In this document: one piece after another, positions 15,605-24,165 of the stretch
Layout of the letters: each line of letters begins with the position of its first letter
How positions within the stretch are numbered: position 1 is the stretch's first letter
NCBI GenBank assembly: GCA_017354575.1
Contig: JAFMQP010000001.1
Location: forward strand, 1-28,473
Direction of reading: 5' to 3'
Source of the DNA: Acidothermales bacterium
GTDB lineage: Bacteria; Actinomycetota; Actinomycetes; Streptosporangiales; WHST01
DNA: 28,473 bases
Notes under the pieces: generated by a model
What the model was told of the DNA's origin: nothing
Seen by the model: the letters and a program-made list of their open reading frames with translations, nothing else
Databases searched by the model: none
Made by a program: the position numbers and the translations under genes

Positions 15605-17055
15605 CCCGGCGCCAGCCGGCCCTTGCAATGCTCCTCGCCGGACGCGTACGCCGGCTCGGTCGTGTACGCGCGCAGCGCCTGCGGCGGCGTGAGGACGTTG
15701 CCGTCGGCGCGCTCGCCGCTCTCCGCGGCGGTGCGTGTGGTGGCGGCGCGGATGCCCTCGACCGGGTCGATGGTCTCCACCGGGGCGTCAGAGCCGAACG
15801 CGACGTGCGCGCCCGCCGCCGCGAGGTCGGCCCAGGCGTACGACGCCAGGTGACGCTTGCCCAGCAGCCGCCTGGCGAGTGCGACGTCGCTGGTGCAGTG
15901 CACCGGCTGCATCGACGCGACCACGCCCAACGCGGCGAAGCGTTCCACGTCCGGGTAGGCGACGTGCTGCGCGTGCTCGATGCGGTGCCGCAGCCGGGCG
16001 CCGACGCCGCGCCGCCGCACCTCGGCGATCGCGTCGAGCACGGTGGTGTTGGCGGCGTCGCCGATGGCGTGCACGGCGACCGCGATGCCGGCGGCGGACG
16101 CGGTCAGCGCGAGGTCGAGCAGCTCTTCCGGCGCGAGCGTCGCGACGCCGAAGTCGTCGGCGCGGTCCTCGTACGGGCTCGACAGCGCGGCCGTGTGCGA
16201 GCCGAGCGCGCCGTCGGAGAACAGCTTCACCGGCCCCGTCCGCAGCCACGCGTCACCGTCGCCCGTCGCGTGCCCGGCCTCGACGGCGGCGGCGAGGCCC
16301 GCGTGCGAGAACAGCTGGTGTACGCGCACGGTCAGCCGACCGTCGGCGCGGAGCGCGTCGTACGCCGCCGCGGTGGCGCGGCCGTCGATGTCGTGGATCG
16401 TCGTGACGCCGCTGGCGAGCAGGTCGGTGAACGCGTCCGCGAACACCTCCGGCGGCGGCACGTCGTGGGCGTCCATGGCCGCGTACACCACGTCGTCCGC
16501 CCCCTCGCGCAGCAGGCCGGTCGGGCCGTCCGCGTCCATCTCGACCACGCCGCCCGGCGGCTGCGGCGTCGACGCGTCGACGCCGAGCGCCTGCAGCGCC
16601 ACCGTGTTCGCCCACGTCGTGTGCCCGTCGTGGTTCTGCAACGCGACCGGGTGGCCGGCGGCGTACGGGTCGAGGTCGCACCGGTGCAGCGGCCGGTCGA
16701 GCCCCCACGTGTTGGCGTCGTACCGGCCGCCGAACACCCACGCGCGGTCGGGCAGGTCGCGCACGTAGGCGGCGAGCACCCGCTGCGCGTCCGCCAGGCT
16801 GCGCGCCCCCCGCAGGTCGATCCACCGCTTGCCGCGCGCGTACCCGGCGAGGTGGATGTGGCTGTCCGTGAGCCCGGGGACGGCCCAGCCGCCGCCGAGG
16901 TCGACCTCCCGGTGACCGGTACCGGCGGCCTCGCGGCACTCGTCGACGGTGCCCGCGGCGACGATCCGCTCCCCGCGCACGACGACCGCGTCGGCCCGCG
17001 GACGGGACGCGGCCAGTGTCGTGAACCGGGCCCCGGTGAAGACCGTGTGCGTCAC
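15487..17055 (-). CDS. Amidohydrolase (YtcJ-like, Amidohydro_3), about 522 aa
   Basis: PGLTDSHIH (HxH), HDGHTTWANT.AL, VKLFSDGALGSHTAAL, AVHAIGD, RIEHAQ, SMQP.H, FGSDAP and LAPGYLADLVVLD. TATCGT lies 7 nt upstream of GTG 17055 (leaderless); the ORF track start 17064 is the alternative. Confidence 0.9.
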   Translation of the reverse strand: MTHTVFTGARFTTLAASRPRADAVVVRGERIVAAGTVDECREAAGTGHREVDLGGGWAVPGLTDSHIHLAGYARGKRWIDLRGARSLADAQRVLAAYVRDLPDRAWVFGGRYDANTWGLDRPLHRCDLDPYAAGHPVALQNHDGHTTWANTVALQALGVDASTPQPPGGVVEMDADGPTGLLREGADDVVYAAMDAHDVPPPEVFADAFTDLLASGVTTIHDIDGRATAAAYDALRADGRLTVRVHQLFSHAGLAAAVEAGHATGDGDAWLRTGPVKLFSDGALGSHTAALSSPYEDRADDFGVATLAPEELLDLALTASAAGIAVAVHAIGDAANTTVLDAIAEVRRRGVGARLRHRIEHAQHVAYPDVERFAALGVVASMQPVHCTSDVALARRLLGKRHLASYAWADLAAAGAHVAFGSDAPVETIDPVEGIRAATTRTAAESGERADGNVLTPPQALRAYTTEPAYASGEEHCKGRLAPGYLADLVVLDADLTDRDVAASGSARPSVTVVGGEVRWSR

Positions 17056-17074
17056 GCCGAGCACGATAGCGAAG

Positions 17075-17824
17075 GTGCCGAAACCTCATGACCGGTCGAC
17101 GGAGCTGGAGACGCGGTTCGCCAGGGAACGCGTCTGGCTCACGCACGGCCACCGTGACGTGTCCGGCGGCTGGCTGCGTCCGACGGTCTTCGGCGCGGTC
17201 GACGGGCTCGTCACCAACGCCGCGCTCATCGCCGGCGTCGGCGGCGGCGGCGTGTCGGCGCACGCGGTCATCCTCACCGGTCTCGCCGGTCTCGCCGCGG
17301 GCGCGTTCTCGATGGGCACGGGCGAGTACGTGTCGGTCAGCAACCAGAACGAACTGGTGCACGCAGAGGTCGCCGTCGAGAAGGACATGCACGCGCGGTT
17401 CCCCGACGCCGAGGAGGCCGAGCTTGCCGAGCGGTTCCGCGGCTACGGCGCGGACGCCGAGACGGCCGCGCGGATGGCGGCCGCCGTCTCCGCCGACCCC
17501 GACCAGGCGCTGCGGCTGCACGCGCGCGAGGAGCTCGGCGTCGACCCGGTCGACCTCCCTTCACCGCTGCTCGCCGGCGTGGCGTCGTTCGTCGCGTTCT
17601 CGATCGGCGCGCTGCTGCCGCTGCTGCCCTATCTGCTCGGCCTGGCGTCCCTGCCGATCGCGCTCGGCGTCGCGGGCGTCGCGCTGTTCGCCGGCGGCAT
17701 CACGGTCGGGAAGCTCACCGGACGGCGGCTGCTGTGGTCCGGGCTGCGCCAGCTCGCCTTCGGCGGCCTCGCCGTCGCGGTCACCTTCGGCATCGGCCAG
17801 CTCATCGGCGCGGGTGTGTCGTAG
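17075..17824 (+). CDS. VIT1/CCC1 family (Fe/Mn) transporter, about 249 aa
   Basis: HRDVSGGWLRPTVFGAVDGLVTN, AGAFSMGTGEYVSV, HAREELG and SF.AFSIGALLPLLPY. The start position is uncertain. Confidence 0.9.
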   Translation: MPKPHDRSTELETRFARERVWLTHGHRDVSGGWLRPTVFGAVDGLVTNAALIAGVGGGGVSAHAVILTGLAGLAAGAFSMGTGEYVSVSNQNELVHAEVAVEKDMHARFPDAEEAELAERFRGYGADAETAARMAAAVSADPDQALRLHAREELGVDPVDLPSPLLAGVASFVAFSIGALLPLLPYLLGLASLPIALGVAGVALFAGGITVGKLTGRRLLWSGLRQLAFGGLAVAVTFGIGQLIGAGVS

Positions 17825-17858
17825 ACCGCGGACGACTCGACCTGTAGCCGCGAACCGG

Positions 17859-18890
17859 TCAGCGGCGACGCACCTGCGTGGACGCACGCACCACGAGCTC
17901 GGGCATGTACACCACCGTCTCGTGCTCGTGCGGGACGCCGTCGCGGTCGGACGTCTCCGCGATAAGCAGCTCGGCGGCGGTGTGGCCGATGCGGGCGGCC
18001 GGCTGGCGGACGGACGTCAGCGGCACCGCGGCCGCGCCGGCGAACTCGATGTCGTCGTAGCCCACGATCGCCATCTCGTCGGGGACGCGGACGTCCGCGG
18101 CGACGAGCGCCTGCAGGACGCCGAGGGCGAGCAGGTCGTTGGCGCAGAACACCGCGGTCGGCCGCGGGCTCATGCCCAGCAGCCGCGCGCCCGCGTCCCG
18201 ACCCGACGACACGTCGAGGGCGGGCGCGTCGAGCACCGACAGCCGCCGCTTCGGCGCGGGCGCGGCCGCCAGCGCATTGCGTACGCCGGTCTCCCGGTCG
18301 CGGCACTGGGCGAGGATGCGCGGGCCGACGACGAACGCGATGTGCCTGTGCCCCGACTCGACGAGGTGCCGGGCCGCGAGCTCGCCGCCCGCGACGTCGT
18401 CGACCGCCACCGAACACGCCTCGCCCGCCGGCACGGTGCGGTCGACGAAGACGTGCGGGATACCGCCGCGCCGGAACCGCGCCAGCCGCTCCCCGCACGT
18501 GTCCACCGGCGAGAGCAGCACGCCGCGCACCCGCTGCTCGGTGAGCATCGCGAGGTACGCGGACTCCGTGTCGACGCGCTGCCCGCTGTTGCACGTGATC
18601 AGCTGCAGCCCGGCCTCCTGCGCGGCCTGCTCGGCGCCGCGCGCGACGTCGACGAAGAACGGGTTGGCGAGGTCGAGGACGAGCAGCGCCATGGTGCGGC
18701 TCGTCCCGCTCCGTAGCTGCCGTGCCGACCCGTCGCGCACGTAGCCGAGCTCGTCGATCACGGACTGCACGCGGACCCGGGTGGCCGCCGCGACGACCTC
18801 GGGCCGGTTCACCACGTTCGACACGGTGCCGACGGAGACGCCCGCCGCGACGGCGACGTCCTTGATACCGACCTTGCTCCTGGCCACCAC
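17859..18890 (-). CDS. LacI-family transcriptional regulator, about 343 aa
   Basis: HTH IKDVAVAAGVSVGTVSNVVN, NPFFVDVARG, PTAVFCANDLLALG, VPDEMAIVGYDD, PLTSVRQP and ELVVRAST. Start is probably GTG 18890 or 18887. Confidence 0.93.
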   Translation of the reverse strand: MVARSKVGIKDVAVAAGVSVGTVSNVVNRPEVVAAATRVRVQSVIDELGYVRDGSARQLRSGTSRTMALLVLDLANPFFVDVARGAEQAAQEAGLQLITCNSGQRVDTESAYLAMLTEQRVRGVLLSPVDTCGERLARFRRGGIPHVFVDRTVPAGEACSVAVDDVAGGELAARHLVESGHRHIAFVVGPRILAQCRDRETGVRNALAAAPAPKRRLSVLDAPALDVSSGRDAGARLLGMSPRPTAVFCANDLLALGVLQALVAADVRVPDEMAIVGYDDIEFAGAAAVPLTSVRQPAARIGHTAAELLIAETSDRDGVPHEHETVVYMPELVVRASTQVRRR

Positions 18891-18901
18891 ACCGGTCCCG
18901 A

Positions 18902-18912
18902 TGAATCGTTCA
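18902..18912. promoter_or_regulatory. Putative LacI-type operator 1 (TGAATCGTTCA)
   Basis: Imperfect palindrome with a central CG, 12 nt upstream of the regulator start. Confidence 0.5.
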
Positions 18913-18978
18913 AACCGACACGATCCTGCCACAGCCGATCCCGGATATCACTACGTTCAGCTAACTTCTCACGAGGTC

Positions 18979-19026
18979 TTGTGAGGCGCCACCGCCGGGG
19001 TTACGCTCCCCGGTTAATACGTTTCA
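18979..19026 (+). promoter_or_regulatory. Housekeeping-type promoter TTGTGA-N17-TACGCT plus putative LacI operator 2 (TAATACGTTTCA)
   Basis: -35 at 18979-18984 and -10 at 19002-19007. The 12-mer at 19015-19026 matches palindrome TGAAACGTTTCA at 10/12 and would overlap the predicted +1. Confidence 0.55.
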
Positions 19027-19069
19027 GCTGGTTCGTCCGAACCGAGTCGATGACGACGAGGAGAATCAG

Positions 19070-20401
19070 GTGACCTCAGCGGACCCGGCCGGTTCGACCC
19101 CGGCCGACGACGGCGTGGTCTCACGCCAGGTGTGGAAATGGACGATACTCGCCGCGATGGCGTCGTACCTCGACGCCGGCTCCATCGTGGCCCTGGGCTC
19201 CGGCCTCGCACTCTTCCAGAGCACGTACCACCTCAGCGGCAGCGCCGTCGGCGCGCTCGCGGCGATCGGCCCGAACGCCATCGGGTGTGCCGTCGGATCG
19301 TTCATCGGCGGTCGGCTCGGTGACAAGCTCGGCAGGAAACGCATCTACAAGTACGACCTGCTCGTCTACGCGGTCGGCGCGTTGCTGATCGCGCTGTCGT
19401 TCAACGCGCCGACGCTGTTCGTCGGCACCTTCGTCGTCGGCGTCGCCGTCGGTGCGGACGTGCCCACGTCGCTCGCACTCGTCGGCGAGTTCGCACCCGC
19501 CAAGGCACGCGGCAAGCTGCTCGGCTTCACCCAGATCGCCTGGGGTACCGGGCCCGTCGTCGTCCTCGTGCTCGCGGCGATCCTGTCCGGCGCCGGCCTC
19601 GGGCTGCTCGGCACGCGCATCGTGTTCCTCCACCTGGTGGTCGTCGCACTGGTCACCTGGGCGCTGCGGCAGGGCATGAGCGAGTCGATCCGCTGGCGGA
19701 ACGCCATGCGTGCCACCACGTTGACGGCGCGCGGCCTGCGGACGCTGCTCAGCGGCCCCAACCTGGCGGGGCTCGGGTACACGGCGGTCATCTACGTGTT
19801 CTGGGGTCTCGCGGCCGGCACGGCCGGCATCTTCACCCCGTTCATGATCGAGACGCTGCACGCCGGCGGGCCGGTCACCGGCCTGATGTTCTCCGCCGCG
19901 GGCTTCCTCATCGGGATCATCGCGAACGTGCTCATCTTCATGAAGTACGCCGACCGCGGGCACGGCGCACGCAAGGCGATGTGGGGCATGGGCGCGATCA
20001 TGCAGATCGTGGCATACGGGATGTTCATCGTGCTCCCGTTCACCGTGCCGGTCATCATCGTCAACATCGTGCTCTTCGGCATCGGCGCGTCGCTGGCCGG
20101 CGAGCAGATGTACAAGACGATCAGCCAGGAGGTGTTCCCGACCGTCGTGCGCGGCACGGCGCAGGGCTTCACGTTCGGCGTCGCGCGCGTTCTGCTCGGC
20201 ATCTGGAGCTTCTTCGTGCCGACGCTCGCGCACGCGGGCTTCACGGTCGTGGGCGGGCTGCTCGCGTTCTTCCTGCTCGTCAGCGGCGTCGTGGGCTACA
20301 TCTTCATGCCGAACACGGCCGGTAAGTCGCTCGAGCAGATCGAGTCCGAACGCGCCGAACAGCCGGCCGTCAGTCCCGACCTGGCCCCGGGAGCCGGATG
20401 A
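19070..20401 (+). CDS. MFS sugar/polyol transporter (IolF/RhaY-like), 443 aa
   Basis: AAMASYLDAGSIVA, motif A GGRLGDKLGRKRIY, GADVPTSLALVGEFAP, EVFPTVVRGTAQG and NTAGKSLEQIE; 12 hydrophobic segments. RBS GAGGAG. Confidence 0.9.
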   Translation: MTSADPAGSTPADDGVVSRQVWKWTILAAMASYLDAGSIVALGSGLALFQSTYHLSGSAVGALAAIGPNAIGCAVGSFIGGRLGDKLGRKRIYKYDLLVYAVGALLIALSFNAPTLFVGTFVVGVAVGADVPTSLALVGEFAPAKARGKLLGFTQIAWGTGPVVVLVLAAILSGAGLGLLGTRIVFLHLVVVALVTWALRQGMSESIRWRNAMRATTLTARGLRTLLSGPNLAGLGYTAVIYVFWGLAAGTAGIFTPFMIETLHAGGPVTGLMFSAAGFLIGIIANVLIFMKYADRGHGARKAMWGMGAIMQIVAYGMFIVLPFTVPVIIVNIVLFGIGASLAGEQMYKTISQEVFPTVVRGTAQGFTFGVARVLLGIWSFFVPTLAHAGFTVVGGLLAFFLLVSGVVGYIFMPNTAGKSLEQIESERAEQPAVSPDLAPGAG

Positions 20402-23400
20402 CGGGTACGGACGCGCTCCTTGCCCGGTTCACCAAGCCGGGCAAGGAGTTCGGGCCGCTGCCGCTCTGGTGGTGGAGCGGCGCGGAGGTCACCCGCGACC
20501 GGTTGCGCCGGCAGATGGAACAGCTGTCGGCGCAGGGCGTCCACCAGGCGGTCGTGATGTGCCTCGCGCCCACGGGACCGCTGTACGGGTCGCTCGCGGA
20601 CGACCCGCCGTTCCTCAGCCCGCAGTGGGTCGAGCTGCTCGACGGCGCGTGCGCCGACGCCGAGCAGCTCGGCTTCACGCTCTGGATGTACGACCAGATC
20701 GGGTTCTCCGGCGCGAACTTCCAGGGTCGGCTCACCGCAGAGCACCCGGAGTACGCGGGCCTCGCGCTGTTCCGCGACACCGACGGCGTCGTCCGCAACC
20801 GGGTCAGCGGCTTCGACTACTTCGGCATCGACGCCTGCGCGGCGCTGCTCGACCAGGTGCACGGCGAGCTCGAACGCCAGGTGGGGCAACGGTTCGGGCG
20901 CGCCATCGGCGGCTTCTTCCAGGACGAGCTACCGGCGATGCCGACATGGGGGTACGACTTCGCTGAGACGTTCGCCGACCACTACGGCTACGAGCTGGAG
21001 CCGCGGCTGGAGTCGCTGTTCTCCGGCTCCGGCGATGATGACGTACGCGTCCGCCGCGACTACCACGAGCACCGTGCGACGCTCGCCCGCCGCGCGTTCT
21101 TCGACCCGCTCGACGCGTGGTTCGCGAAGCACGAGATGATCTGCGGCTTCGACCAGCGGTCACCGGCGCGCGAGGGCGACCCGGTCGGCGGCGTGGAGAT
21201 CTACGGCGACTATCTGGCCACCCACAAGGGCTTCGGCGCACCCGGCAGCGACCACTGGGGCGACCCGAAGGTGCACAGCTCGCTCGCGCACGCGTACGGC
21301 CGGCCGCGCACCTGGATCGAGGCGTTCCACTCGTCCGGCTGGGGCGGCACGCTCGAGGAGACCTACGACTGGCTAGCGCCGTTCCTGCGCCGCGGCGCGA
21401 CGCTCTACGACCCGCACGCGGTCTACTACAGCACGGCCGGCGGCTGGTGGGAGTGGGCGCCGCCGTCGACGTGCTGGCGCCAGCCGTACTGGCCGTCGTA
21501 CCACGTGTTCGCGGACGCCGTCGCCCGGCTCTGTTCGGTGCTGACGGCGGGCGCGCACGTGTGCGACACGGTGCTCCTGTCCCCCACGGCGACCGCGCAG
21601 GCGTACACGACCCTCGACGGCGCACAGCCGGAGGCTGATCGCGCATCGCGTTGCTACCACAGGCTGAACGGCGTCAGCGCGTGGTACGCCGAACGCCGCG
21701 GCGTGCTCGAACGCGCGGGCGTCGACCACGACGTGCTCGACGAGGCGACCCTCGCGGACGCCGTCGTCGAGGACGGTACGTTGCGCGTCGCCGACGAGAC
21801 GTACCGCACCGTCGTCGTGCCCGATGCCCATGCGCTGCACGTGTCCACGGCAGGTTTGCTCGCCCGGTTCGTCGAGTCCGGCGGGCGCGTGGTCTGCGTC
21901 GGCGATGCGCCGGCGCGGTTCCTCGGCGGCGATCCCAGCGACGCCGCCGCGTTCAGCGACGCGGTCGCGCGCGGCGACGTCGTCGTCGTCCCGACACCCG
22001 ACGACGTGCCGGACGCCGTCGCCCACGGACCCGTGCGCGTCACTGCGGACGCGCCGTTCCTGTTGCGCCGCAACGGGAACGCGTACGTGCTGATGCTCAC
22101 CTCACACGACGACGATACCGGTACGGCCGCACCGATCATGGACTTCGGCGGCGACGCGCTGGACGTCGAGGCGTTCTCCTGGCAGGACTACTGGGGCCAG
22201 CTGCACGACACCGGTTACGCGTTCCGGCCGACCGGCGGACGGACGGCGCACGTGCGGGTCGAGGGACTGCCGGCACGGGCGCAGCGCTGGGCCCCCGGCA
22301 CGGGACAGCGCGTCGACGTCCAGGTGAGCGAGGCCGCCGACGGCTCGCTCGGCTTCGACGTCCCGTTCGCGGACGGGCCGATCACACTGGTCGTGCTCGC
22401 GGACGACCTGCCGGTGACGACCGCCCACGCACTCGGCGAGGTGGTCGAAACCGTTCCCGTGGACGGGCCGTGGCTGGGACTGGCCTCGTCCACGCTGGAC
22501 AACGGCTACGGCGACCTCGCCGCACCCGATCGCGACGGCGTGCTGCCGATCGAGGTGTGGCGCTTCGAGCACGCGACGGGCGGCGACGAATGGCGCCCGG
22601 TCACCGCCACCTACGGCCCGTTCGCGGAGGTACGCGACCCGGACGGCACATGGCGTACCGCGGAGTGGTCCCTGTCGCGCGGCATCCGCAACGACCCGAT
22701 GCACCGGGAAGCGTTGGGGCCCAAGGGATACGTGCCCGAAGAGTTCCTCGACTGGCGCGACGTAGAGGCCGGTGGGCAGGTGGCGGTGCGGTGCCACCTC
22801 ACGCTGCCGTCGCGCGACGGCCTGCACGTCGCGGTCGGTGCCGACGCCGGCCGGCGTGTGCTCGTCGACGGCGTCGAGCTGCCGGTCGAGGCCGCGGGAT
22901 ACCAGTCGTTCAGCGCGATTCCGCGCGAGCTCACCGGCCGTGGCGTCGCATTGGACGTCGAGCTCACCGCCGAACGCGACGGGCCGGTGCGCGCGTCGTT
23001 CGCGGTCGTCACCGACCCGACGTCGTATCGCCGGCCCGAGTGGCTGACCAGCGGCACCACCGGCCATGAGGGACGCGAGGTCGACTTCACCCGCACGTTC
23101 CCGCTCACCGAGGTGCCGGACGACGCAGCCGTCCAGGTGGCGAGCGACGGTGCGTGCAGGATCCTGGTCAACGGCGTGGAGGTCGGGCGGCAGGGCGACT
23201 TCAGCCCATACCCAGGGCACCGCGAGGTGCGCGTGCACCCGTACCAGGTCGCCGAGCACCTCCGTGTCGGCGACAACGAGATCGTGCTGCGCGCCGTGGA
23301 CGCCGGCGCGCAGCCCACCGCGGTCGCGCTCGACTCGCCCGGTCTGGGCCTGTGTACGGACGCAAGCTGGAATGCCAGTGGCGGCAACGCCTCCGGCACA

Positions 23401-24147
23401 CCGACACTACGCCGCCAACACGCGCGTGACCCGCGGTTCGTCTGCGCCCGGCCGCGTCCGCATCCGCTGCCCGGCGCGGGCTGGCTCGAGCCGGACCGGC
23501 CGACCGACGGCGTCGTCGGCGTCGTCCCGGACGTCGCGCCCGGCGGCGAACGCACCGAACGGCTGCGCTTCCCCGCGCCGCTCGGCACGGTCGCGCTGCA
23601 CGTGCCCACGTCGCTCGACGCCGCCGTCCTCGTCGACGGCCGCGAGCACGCCCCGGACGGTGGACGGGTGACGTTCGCCGAGCCGCTGCCCGCGGCGACC
23701 CCTGTCACCCTGCGGTTCCGCGCCGTCGGCGGCAGGCGCGGCGGCGCGTTGCTCGACGGCCCGGTCGAGGTCGAGGTCGCGGAGACCGGGACCCGGCTCG
23801 CGTCGTGGGAGGAGCTCGGCCTGCGCGCGCTCGGCGGCGAGCTGCGCTACCGCGCCACCGTGGACGTCCGGCCGCCGGACGGCACACGCACCGTGCTCGA
23901 CCTCGGCGACGTGCGCGGCACCGCCGACGTCGTCGTCAACGGCGCGCTCGTCGGCCGGCTCGTCTGGTCGCCGTGGTGCGCCGAGGTGACCGACGCGCTG
24001 CGCCCCGGCGAGAACGAGATCGAGGTCGTCGTCCGCGGCACCCTCGCCGGCTACCTCGACGACGCCTCACCGACCGCGGCGGTGGCGAAGGGCCAGGTGC
24101 GGACGGGATTGTTCGGCGCCGTGCGACTGGTCCATCATCGGAAGTGA
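20398..24147 (+). CDS. Large cytoplasmic glycoside hydrolase, GH106-like (alpha-L-rhamnosidase-type) catalytic region with multiple beta-sandwich domains, 1249 aa
   Basis: PLPLWWWSG, GFTLWMYDQIGFSG, GGFFQDELP, RRDY, EAFHSSGWG and QPYW. C-terminal GH2_N-like LDLGDVRGTADVVVNG..VG...WSPW..EVTDALRPGENEIEVVV. No signal peptide. ATGA overlap with the MFS gene. Confidence 0.75.
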   Translation: MTGTDALLARFTKPGKEFGPLPLWWWSGAEVTRDRLRRQMEQLSAQGVHQAVVMCLAPTGPLYGSLADDPPFLSPQWVELLDGACADAEQLGFTLWMYDQIGFSGANFQGRLTAEHPEYAGLALFRDTDGVVRNRVSGFDYFGIDACAALLDQVHGELERQVGQRFGRAIGGFFQDELPAMPTWGYDFAETFADHYGYELEPRLESLFSGSGDDDVRVRRDYHEHRATLARRAFFDPLDAWFAKHEMICGFDQRSPAREGDPVGGVEIYGDYLATHKGFGAPGSDHWGDPKVHSSLAHAYGRPRTWIEAFHSSGWGGTLEETYDWLAPFLRRGATLYDPHAVYYSTAGGWWEWAPPSTCWRQPYWPSYHVFADAVARLCSVLTAGAHVCDTVLLSPTATAQAYTTLDGAQPEADRASRCYHRLNGVSAWYAERRGVLERAGVDHDVLDEATLADAVVEDGTLRVADETYRTVVVPDAHALHVSTAGLLARFVESGGRVVCVGDAPARFLGGDPSDAAAFSDAVARGDVVVVPTPDDVPDAVAHGPVRVTADAPFLLRRNGNAYVLMLTSHDDDTGTAAPIMDFGGDALDVEAFSWQDYWGQLHDTGYAFRPTGGRTAHVRVEGLPARAQRWAPGTGQRVDVQVSEAADGSLGFDVPFADGPITLVVLADDLPVTTAHALGEVVETVPVDGPWLGLASSTLDNGYGDLAAPDRDGVLPIEVWRFEHATGGDEWRPVTATYGPFAEVRDPDGTWRTAEWSLSRGIRNDPMHREALGPKGYVPEEFLDWRDVEAGGQVAVRCHLTLPSRDGLHVAVGADAGRRVLVDGVELPVEAAGYQSFSAIPRELTGRGVALDVELTAERDGPVRASFAVVTDPTSYRRPEWLTSGTTGHEGREVDFTRTFPLTEVPDDAAVQVASDGACRILVNGVEVGRQGDFSPYPGHREVRVHPYQVAEHLRVGDNEIVLRAVDAGAQPTAVALDSPGLGLCTDASWNASGGNASGTPTLRRQHARDPRFVCARPRPHPLPGAGWLEPDRPTDGVVGVVPDVAPGGERTERLRFPAPLGTVALHVPTSLDAAVLVDGREHAPDGGRVTFAEPLPAATPVTLRFRAVGGRRGGALLDGPVEVEVAETGTRLASWEELGLRALGGELRYRATVDVRPPDGTRTVLDLGDVRGTADVVVNGALVGRLVWSPWCAEVTDALRPGENEIEVVVRGTLAGYLDDASPTAAVAKGQVRTGLFGAVRLVHHRK

Positions 24148-24165
24148 CGGACGCGGGAGGACGCC

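Noticed and set aside
18968-18985. Inverted repeat CTCAC...GTGAG as a CRP/GlxR site
   Set aside because: The half-sites are in the opposite arrangement to TGTGA-N6-TCACA. The right arm is better explained as the -35 box, though a regulator site cannot be excluded.
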